A model generated the notes under the pieces. It saw only the letters and a program-made list of their open reading frames with translations, did not search any database and was not told the DNA's origin. Shown in pieces: positions 59,859 through 64,000 of a stretch of 64,000 nucleotides of DNA. The DNA is from a virus, in the IMG/VR virus record IMGVR_UViG_3300026097_000980, positions 91,509 through 155,508 of that record, one strand, 5' to 3'. Made by a program: the position numbers and the translations under genes. Positions within the stretch are counted from its first letter, which is position 1. The number at the start of each line of letters is the position of its first letter.

Positions 59859-60026
59859 ATGCTAGAGCTGATTGGATTCGTCGCCCTTGCCTACTTGGCA
59901 TTCAAGTTTCTTCCTGCGGTGTTAGAAGCAGGGTTCAAATTTGCCATCATCTGCATTGGACTGTTGGCATTCATTTTGCTGATCGGATTCTTTACCACAT
60001 CAATTCAAATTGCATTTAGTGGTTGA
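59859..60026 (+). CDS. Small two-TM membrane protein
   Basis: MLELIGFVALAYL...; hydrophobic. Confidence 0.5.
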   Translation: MLELIGFVALAYLAFKFLPAVLEAGFKFAIICIGLLAFILLIGFFTTSIQIAFSG

Positions 60027-60080
60027 CACTGATCCAAAATGATCATACACTATACATATAGTGAAGTTAAGGAGCGAACA

Positions 60081-60236
60081 ATGGACTACAGAGATTACAC
60101 ACTTGAGCTGGTAGACGAAGGTCTAGTCGATGCACGTGACTTATTGGTCATGGCTGTAAAGTATATGAGTCAAGACGACGTCCGCGACATGATTACTGTC
60201 AACGAACTAGAAGCACTAACAGCGGAGGACGCATAA
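60081..60236 (+). CDS. Early acidic protein (MDYRDY...)
   Basis: Promoter and SD. Confidence 0.7.
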   Translation: MDYRDYTLELVDEGLVDARDLLVMAVKYMSQDDVRDMITVNELEALTAEDA

Positions 60237-60397
60237 TGTTCCAACAATACTTTGTTTATTATGATGGCCGGTTTGCTGGCACTGTGATGGCACTGTCAGA
60301 GTCTAGTGCAAAGGACAAAGGCTGTCAGATGGTTGGTGTGAGTGCGAGTGCTTACACTGGTAAGGCAAGACGTTTGGTAGAGGTAGTAAGACGATGA
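60236..60397 (+). CDS. Hypothetical protein (MFQQYFV...)
   Basis: TAATG coupling; GGAGG SD. Confidence 0.55.
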   Translation: MFQQYFVYYDGRFAGTVMALSESSAKDKGCQMVGVSASAYTGKARRLVEVVRR

Positions 60398-60546
60398 ACG
60401 GGAAGCGCATTGAACTCACTGTTAGTCTTTGGATTGCAGAAGACGCAGACGTTGCAGAAGTGTTCGAGAACATGGACTACGACTTCTCATATGAAGACAA
60501 GATTCTCGACACTGAGATTACCGACTTGAATACGGAGGTGGCATAA
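60394..60546 (+). CDS. Very acidic 50-aa protein (MNGKRIE...)
   Basis: ATGA overlap; GAGG SD. Confidence 0.55.
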   Translation: MNGKRIELTVSLWIAEDADVAEVFENMDYDFSYEDKILDTEITDLNTEVA

Positions 60547-60755
60547 TGAGCGCAGGTTCAAGCAACTATGAGTCAGTGGATGTGATCACAACGATCCGTC
60601 AGACTGTTGAAGTCCCCAAAGGCAGCGACAAGCAAGAGATCCTAAACTTCCTAGCACAGGAACAGAGTTTCAACGATGCATTCAAAGGCACTCGCAACGA
60701 AGCCTACGATATGTATATCCAAGACATTGAAGTAATAGATGAGGAGGTAGAGTAA
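60546..60755 (+). CDS. Acidic hypothetical protein
   Basis: TAATG coupling; GGAGG SD. Confidence 0.6.
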   Translation: MSAGSSNYESVDVITTIRQTVEVPKGSDKQEILNFLAQEQSFNDAFKGTRNEAYDMYIQDIEVIDEEVE

Positions 60756-61276
60756 TGCCCAATTGGTGTTATAATCATGTGGACATCACAGCCACCACAG
60801 ACGAGCAGAAAGACTTGTTGGACCGTGTGTCACGAGCAGAGACAGCGGACGGGTTCTTTGCAATGTTCCGTCCTATCGGAGAGTGGGACTACAATGTCGC
60901 ACTAGAGAAGTGGGGCACCAAGTGGGATGTTGAGCCTCTGGATGTGGAGTTCGATGGTGAGATGTTAACCACAAGTTTCGACTCAGCCTGGGCTCCACCC
61001 GTTGCACTCTACGAGTATTTGAAAGAACAAGGCTTTGGAGTCACTGCTTCTTACTACGAACCAGGTATGAACTTTGGCGGCTTCTGGAACGATGGTGAGT
61101 CGATCGAGCTTGACGATGTTAGCACTATGGCTCGCACACCGGATGACACTTGGGACGAAGACTTCCGTGAACTGGACGACATCTATGGCATTGCAGATGA
61201 TGTTGCCCAGTGGGACGAAGACGAAGAAGAGGAAGAAGATCCTTATGTGAGTCCAGGGAGTGACTGTCAGGTATGA
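60755..61276 (+). CDS. DUF1281/YubB-like ferredoxin-fold protein
   Basis: MPNWC, WGTKWD, FDSAWAPP, YYEPG. Confidence 0.8.
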   Translation: MPNWCYNHVDITATTDEQKDLLDRVSRAETADGFFAMFRPIGEWDYNVALEKWGTKWDVEPLDVEFDGEMLTTSFDSAWAPPVALYEYLKEQGFGVTASYYEPGMNFGGFWNDGESIELDDVSTMARTPDDTWDEDFRELDDIYGIADDVAQWDEDEEEEEDPYVSPGSDCQV

Positions 61277-61446
61277 GGACATATCATTTCCATTTTGAAA
61301 TCACGTGTGCTTCAGAAGGGCATGCGGACCTAGAGCGTGTTGAACAGATGATCGATCTGTCAATGCAGGAGTTGGTGTTTGATGATGAGTTCATCAAGGC
61401 ACTTGCAGAGAAAGAATCAGTAACTATACAGGTAACACAATCATGA
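61273..61446 (+). CDS. Hypothetical protein (MRTYHF...)
   Basis: ATGA overlaps at both ends. Confidence 0.55.
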   Translation: MRTYHFHFEITCASEGHADLERVEQMIDLSMQELVFDDEFIKALAEKESVTIQVTQS

Positions 61447-61679
61447 AACAGTATCAAGCGGCAGGCGTATCGTTCTTTCGAGATCGATACAAGGTACGGG
61501 TAGCACAAGACATCAGCAGAGTAAACGTGTTGAGCCGTAACGGACACACCAACATCGATATGGAGACACTGCCACGCTCAATGACCAAAGCAGAGATCGC
61601 AGAATGGTTCGACGGCGAGCTGTGGCCCACAGAAGCAAGAGAGGCAATTACCAAATTCCAGATCAAGCACTTGGCATAA
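61443..61679 (+). CDS. Hypothetical protein
   Basis: AGVS...KVR...GHTNI...LPRSMTK. Confidence 0.65.
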   Translation: MKQYQAAGVSFFRDRYKVRVAQDISRVNVLSRNGHTNIDMETLPRSMTKAEIAEWFDGELWPTEAREAITKFQIKHLA

Positions 61680-61687
61680 ATATTTTT

Positions 61688-62077
61688 ATGGAAGAGCTTG
61701 TGGGATACATCATTGTTCTCGTCATTGGAATTGCGATTGGTTGGTTCTATGCTAACCGTATTGCCATCCAGGCATTCGCCAACGTGATCCAGCGACTGGG
61801 AGTTCCTGAAGAAAAGCTCATAGAGCTTATGGAAGATATCAAAGAGAACGGCTATCAAGAAGAAGAAGAATCCTCGCCCATTGAGGATACTGTAGAGGTT
61901 CGCGTGGAACAGGTTGACGGCGTCCTCTATGCCTACAATGATGTAACCCAGGAGTTTCTCGCCCAGCACTCCGATCCAGAACAGTTGATAGAAAGAATCT
62001 CCCAACAAATCCCCACTGGATCTCTAGTAAGCATCCCCGTAAACAAAGGCGGACTTTTCTTTAAAGATATAGCCTAA
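61688..62077 (+). CDS. Membrane-anchored acidic protein
   Basis: TAAATA 5 nt before MEELVG; N-terminal TM. Confidence 0.65.
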   Translation: MEELVGYIIVLVIGIAIGWFYANRIAIQAFANVIQRLGVPEEKLIELMEDIKENGYQEEEESSPIEDTVEVRVEQVDGVLYAYNDVTQEFLAQHSDPEQLIERISQQIPTGSLVSIPVNKGGLFFKDIA

Positions 62078-62140
62078 ACCGGTTGACAACCTCTTCAAAA
62101 GATCCTATACTATACATATAGTGAAGTTAAGGAGCGAACG

Positions 62141-62242
62141 ATGGCTTACACTGCAAATCACCTAGATGTCATGCTTGTACTTGCCGCCACCGGCATTGCG
62201 ATTAGTTATTTGATGATCACCGGCGAATGGAGGAAGTTCTAA
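62141..62242 (+). CDS. 33-aa single-TM peptide (MAYTANH...)
   Basis: Promoter and GGAGCGAA SD. Confidence 0.6.
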   Translation: MAYTANHLDVMLVLAATGIAISYLMITGEWRKF

Positions 62243-62538
62243 TGCCTTACTACACTCACACCAAAGATCCAATCGGCGTATTCACGGAAAAGGACACCGG
62301 CAACTATTTTGAATACAGCCTCAACCCAGAACGAGTATTGGCTCCACCAGCACACGGCGGACGCAACATGGACTTCCCACACCGAGTTTGGGTAGGCGGC
62401 GAAGGCGTGTGCGGTATGAGTGGATGGCGACACGCTAAGGTTGGCAAGACTGTGGTCCACATCATCACAGACGAAGACGATCGTGGTCGTGCTGTGGTTG
62501 AGAAGTGGTATATTAAGAATCATCGGGAATATGCATAA
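62242..62538 (+). CDS. Hypothetical protein
   Basis: TAATG coupling; GGAGG SD. Confidence 0.65.
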   Translation: MPYYTHTKDPIGVFTEKDTGNYFEYSLNPERVLAPPAHGGRNMDFPHRVWVGGEGVCGMSGWRHAKVGKTVVHIITDEDDRGRAVVEKWYIKNHREYA

Positions 62539-62605
62539 AGGGGTTGACTGTGATCCAAATTGAGTCTATACTGTATAGACAATGAAGCATTAAGGAGCGA
62601 ACACA

Positions 62606-62875
62606 ATGCGAGTAGTAGAACAATACGGCATGTTTACTGACACTGGCGACTACATGGTAGACCGCATCGTACGTGCCGGCATCACAATGTGCCACGCAGA
62701 CACCCCAGCAACCAATGCTGAAATTTGGGGATTCGTCAAGCGTGAGTGCGCCAAGCTTGCAACTTCAGAAGACTTTGCAGAAGCAACTGACACTGTGGTC
62801 AGAGAGGAATGCTTCACAGCACTGTTCAATTGCATTCCAGGATTTAACCTTTCAGAAGACCAATACTGGGCATAA
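62606..62875 (+). CDS. Early protein (DTVVRE motif)
   Basis: Promoter and SD. Confidence 0.7.
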   Translation: MRVVEQYGMFTDTGDYMVDRIVRAGITMCHADTPATNAEIWGFVKRECAKLATSEDFAEATDTVVREECFTALFNCIPGFNLSEDQYWA

Positions 62876-62885
62876 GGAGTCTAGC

Positions 62886-63065
62886 ATGCACATCAACGAC
62901 GTATACGCATTGCGCACAGAGTTAAGCAAAGTATTAAGCAACGAACAGGTAGACCGTACCACAGTGAGAGCTCTATTAAGTGCGGCCTGTGACGAGATCA
63001 CTGAGTTCGAAGCACACTTACATGAACTGGCATTAGCAGAAGAAGCACGGGAGTTATACTCATGA
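62886..63065 (+). CDS. Hypothetical protein (MHINDV...)
   Basis: AAGGAG SD. Confidence 0.6.
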   Translation: MHINDVYALRTELSKVLSNEQVDRTTVRALLSAACDEITEFEAHLHELALAEEARELYS

Positions 63066-63322
63066 ACATGTTTGAAATGCAGAAGTTGGCAGAGCGTGGC
63101 ATGGAGTTCCTAGCATACATGCGTGAGTTCTACAGTAAAGAGCACGGTGGCATCTACGCTGATGAGACTGACTTTACCACAGAAGAGATTGTGGACGGCA
63201 TCAACGAATACTTGAAGGACCAAGACTGCTATCGTGGCATCATGCAGTACGGTGCTGACACAGTGGACCGTGAGCGAGTAAGACTGATCATTGAGCTGGC
63301 ACGGGAGGAGGCTACAGCATGA
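63062..63322 (+). CDS. Early protein (DTVDRE motif)
   Basis: ATGA overlap. Confidence 0.65.
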   Translation: MNMFEMQKLAERGMEFLAYMREFYSKEHGGIYADETDFTTEEIVDGINEYLKDQDCYRGIMQYGADTVDRERVRLIIELAREEATA

Positions 63323-63516
63323 AGCTGTTAGTGTTAACCGTGTGCATAGCATTGGGGGGCTGTAAGTTTAACAGCCACAAGGATGCACCCTGGGATCCTG
63401 CACACCCGGGTGAGCTACTACAACAACTACCTAACTGGGACCGTGAAGCCAATCAGATCTGTGCGGGACATCTTGATCCTCGAGACAGACTGCCTCACCA
63501 GAGTGGTCGGTGCTGA
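63319..63516 (+). CDS. Small lipoprotein
   Basis: Lipobox LGGC; GGAGG SD. Confidence 0.65.
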   Translation: MKLLVLTVCIALGGCKFNSHKDAPWDPAHPGELLQQLPNWDREANQICAGHLDPRDRLPHQSGRC

Positions 63517-63577
63517 GGGGATGACAGTCGGTGGGTATGGGGGCTATAGTGTAATACTGTATATACAGTATAGCTGT

Positions 63578-63657
63578 CCTTAACTCTCTACTTTCTTCTA
63601 TTCTTCTCTACTCTTCTCTACTCTTTTCTATTCTTCTTCTACTCTTTCTACATTTTT
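63578..63657 (+). repeat. G-free polypyrimidine tract of degenerate CTA(C/T)TCTT units
   Basis: About 80 nt without G, intergenic. Confidence 0.8.
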
Positions 63658-63769
63658 GAACCCAGGGGTTGTAAATCACCAGGGGGAGGGAAATCTTCAG
63701 ATATAATTTTTTTGCGCGGTAATTTTTTTTTGGCACAGAACCCCTTTTGTGCACCTGCTAAATAACACT

Positions 63770-63943
63770 ATGCTATACACACTATTCATAATCACAGTCA
63801 CAGTTTCAGGATACTCGACACAGTTGGTAGATCATTATCCCACCATGCAGTCATGCTTTCAAGCTCGCACTGCTGTTGTACAACAGTTAGGCAAGCCAGT
63901 GGATAACCATTATCAAGCTGTGTGCATTACTCGTCCACTGTAG
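63770..63943 (+). CDS. Small hypothetical protein (YPTMQSC motif)
   Basis: TAAATA 5 nt before MLYTLF. Confidence 0.6.
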   Translation: MLYTLFIITVTVSGYSTQLVDHYPTMQSCFQARTAVVQQLGKPVDNHYQAVCITRPL

Positions 63944-64000
63944 ACCCTAAGATTCAATCACAGACGCCTTTAGGAATTGCAGTCCACGATCATCCCACGA

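Larger units (their letters stand above)
53866..62572 (+). promoter_or_regulatory. Array of early sigma70-type promoters with 17-bp spacers
   Basis: -35 boxes at 53866, 54127, 54507, 54838, 55123, 55649, 55885, 57122, 57304, 58227, 58854, 59332, 60023, 62083, 62544; -10 TATACT/TACACT/TACTAT/TATAGT. Confidence 0.85.

Overview
A 64-kb segment of a large T4-like/jumbo tailed phage genome, probably marine. The host is probably an alphaproteobacterium, inferred from a permuted two-piece tmRNA, a GcrA-like mini-protein, a hemO/pcyX-type cassette and ROSE-like leaders. About 1-52 kb is mostly on the minus strand and carries middle/late and auxiliary genes: heme oxygenase plus ferredoxin-dependent bilin reductase, ahcY, metK, guaC, nrdAB/glutaredoxin, groES/EL, Hsp20, clpS, clpP, ribosomal protein bS21, tmRNA, rubrerythrin/peroxiredoxin, SleB-type hydrolase with lipoproteins, PAAR and tail proteins, DNA ligase and nucleases. 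About 52-64 kb is a plus-strand early/host-takeover-like block with a DnaA-box cluster, three tRNAs and about 14 tandem sigma70 promoters driving tiny genes. Main candidate novel system: an RNA layer of translational control. About 18 genes share an unusual GGAGCG(AA) Shine-Dalgarno 'barcode'. An intergenic, promoter- and terminator-flanked candidate sRNA (~57157-57270) displays the exact complement AUUCGCUCC as a hairpin loop. A second non-coding element (39490-39560) carries two permuted pieces of the conserved 23S rRNA H69-H71 sequence plus the same barcode. Many late genes, including bS21, look leaderless. Also notable: a 1.34-kb early stretch with no TC dinucleotide, a classical leucine attenuator, an OxyR-like box and ROSE-like thermometers. 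All calls come from reading the sequence and recognising motifs; no searches or folding programs were run.
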